Program-made: the position numbers and the translations under genes
Notes under the pieces: generated by a model
What the model saw: the letters and a program-made list of their open reading frames with translations, nothing else
Databases searched by the model: none
Told to the model about the DNA's origin: nothing
Assembly: GCA_964016885.1 (NCBI GenBank)
Contig: OZ024766.1
Location: 22,295,912-22,359,911, forward strand
Direction of reading: 5' to 3'
Length of the DNA: 64,000 nt
DNA from: Eledone cirrhosa
Lineage: Eukaryota
In this document: positions 1-64,000 of the stretch, piece after piece
Layout: every line of letters starts with the position of its first letter
How positions within the stretch are numbered: the stretch's first letter is position 1

Positions 1-420
1 TTACCACATTTCCTTTGTTATATATCTATATATATATATAAAGAATGAATAATAACAGGTAGACATCATAAAAAGGTAGTTTATTCCGTGTGCTTACAAG
101 TGTTTCCACGGTGGTACTGCAGCCTAGTTCCGCTACGTGCAAATTCACAAGTATTTGCAGAACTCAAATATCCAATGCTGTGACCACTGTTTCCTCAGAG
201 CAGAATGGTAAATATACAATGTAAAAACCCTGGGTTTTGCATTGGATATTCGAGTTCTGCAAATACTTGTGAATTTGCACGTAGCGGAACTAGGCTGCAG
301 TACCACCGTGGAAACACTTGTAAGCACACGGAATAAACTACCTTTTTATGATGTCTACCTGTTATTATTCATTCTTTATATATATATATATATATATATA
401 TAACAAAGGAAATGTGGTAA
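1..420. mobile_element. Long palindrome (arms 1-178 and 239-420), probable inverted Penelope-like terminal repeats
   Basis: Near-perfect reverse-complement arms containing (TA)n; half hammerhead GAAAcacttgTA. Confidence 0.6.
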
Positions 421-606
421 GGAACCAGATGGACCATAACGCACCAAAGTACTCAATACTTAGGGTAGTAGAGTGGGTAATAGGAAAAAGTATGACCCCG
501 ACGGCATAGCTCAAGCCGTTTCGACGGCTAATTCTGGAGTAAATTTAGTCCAGAATTAGCCGTCGAAACGGCTTGAGCTCAGCCGTCGGGGTCTTACTTG
601 TTCCTA
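421..606. mobile_element. Palindromic repeat (arms 481-538 and 549-606), same family as 37941-38197
   Basis: Arms are reverse complements; sequence shared with 37941-38197. Confidence 0.65.
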
Positions 607-802
607 TATGCATATATATATGCATATATATATGATGTCTACCTGTTATTATTCATTCTTTATATACACTCCGGAATACTGAAGGATCAGGAACTAAGTT
701 TCTTGAACAATTCTTCCATAACTCGTAGAGTAACCTCTTACCGTACGTCAACCATATCCAGTGTAGTAATTAACCATCACTACATCTTGGATAATCCTAT
801 AC

Positions 803-838
<36 letters not shown>

Positions 839-964
839 CAAGGGCTGGTGTCTAAAAAGTTAAATAAGGACCCTTTAAAATGTGTGGTTTTAGTCAGGGT
901 TTCTCTCGCTGTTTTTTGAAATTGTTAATTAATCATTGATGCTCTTTCTGTGTGTGTTTTCCAG

Positions 965-62809
<61,845 letters not shown>

Positions 62810-62996
62810 GTAAATATTATATACACTACTTTATATACAAACTGTATTATATATACACTGCAATTTATATACACAGTTCTCTCTATATATATACACTATT
62901 TTATATATATATATATATATACTATATATTTACATATATACTGTACTATATATATATACTGTACTATATATATAAACTGTACTATATATATACACT

Positions 62997-63033
<37 letters not shown>

Positions 63034-64000
63034 TGTACTATATATATACACTGTAATATACTATATATTTATATATATATACACTGTAATATACTATATA
63101 TTTATATATATATACTGTACAGTATATATATATATATATACACTGTACTATATATATACACACACTGTACTTTATATTGTACTATATATACACTGTATTT
63201 TATGGTATATATATATATTCATTCTTCTTTATTTATACACTATTCTATACTTTATATACGCACTACTTTATATATCTTACTTTATATATCTTACTTTATA
63301 TATCTTACTTTATATATCTTACTTTATATATCTTACTTTATACACACTTTATATTCTTTCTCTCTTTGCTCTGTGTGTATATATATATATACAGGGTGAC
63401 ATGTGTGTATATATATATATACTTTATAAAGTATATATATATATATATACACACACACGTCCCCTGTCCATCTGTCTCTACCAAACACGTTCGCAGTTTC
63501 TTGAAACATAACACTATGTAAGGGAGGTAATCTATACTGTCTCTTGTAGACTTTTAGGTTCACAAACGACAAAACCCCCAACAAACATTTCCATATCTGT
63601 TTTTTTTCTTTAAATATAGTTTTCTAATCTGTTATTTTTTATTTTTAATTAGTTTTTATTTAAAATTCTGTTTTTTTTACCGATTCCTTTAAAAAAAAAA
63701 AATTGTTTTTTCCCCAGTTTTTCTCTTTTCTCGTTAAAACAGTTTTTTCCCTGTTTTCTGCTGTTTTTTCATTTTTAAACCAGTTTCTTTTGCTTTATAG
63801 AAACATTCTTTTCTGTTTATTAAAAAAAAGAATTTGTTTTTTTATACCCTTCCCCATTATTTTCGTTTATCTGTTTTATATATATTCCTTTTGCTGTTTT
63901 ATATATATTCCTTTTTCTGTTTTTTTTCCCTTTAATCCACCAATTTTGGTTTTTCCTTTCCACATCCACCCTCAATTTTCTGTTTTTCATTCCTCACCTC

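Noticed and set aside
63497-63517. cgcag|21 nt|gtaagg candidate exon after the PTB exon
   Set aside because: Contains TAA in the required phase 0 and does not resemble the expected PTB continuation.

Overview
AT-rich, microsatellite-saturated animal DNA; the SINE types and repeat style suggest an octopus or related cephalopod (inference). The window holds the central and 3' part of one + strand gene, an ANKS1 (ANKS1A/Odin, ANKS1B/AIDA-1) family adaptor, with an unstructured linker, two SAM domains and the start of a PTB domain. I reconstructed 13 exons with GT-AG boundaries and compatible phases. The ankyrin exons lie upstream of the window and the rest of the PTB lies downstream. Splicing features: a 21-nt microexon, a pair of homologous and probably mutually exclusive exons, and three tandem stop-containing copies of the exon that opens the PTB region. 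The introns contain tRNA-derived SINEs, RTE LINE fragments, MITEs and many satellites built from internal pieces of these elements. They also contain long palindromes inserted in (TA)n tracts that carry type I hammerhead ribozyme folds (Penelope-like element remnants): eight complete folds on both strands, including a U3-A8 core variant, plus degenerate copies. Almost all long ORFs in the supplied track are microsatellite artefacts. All family assignments come from recalled motifs and manual folding; no search was run.
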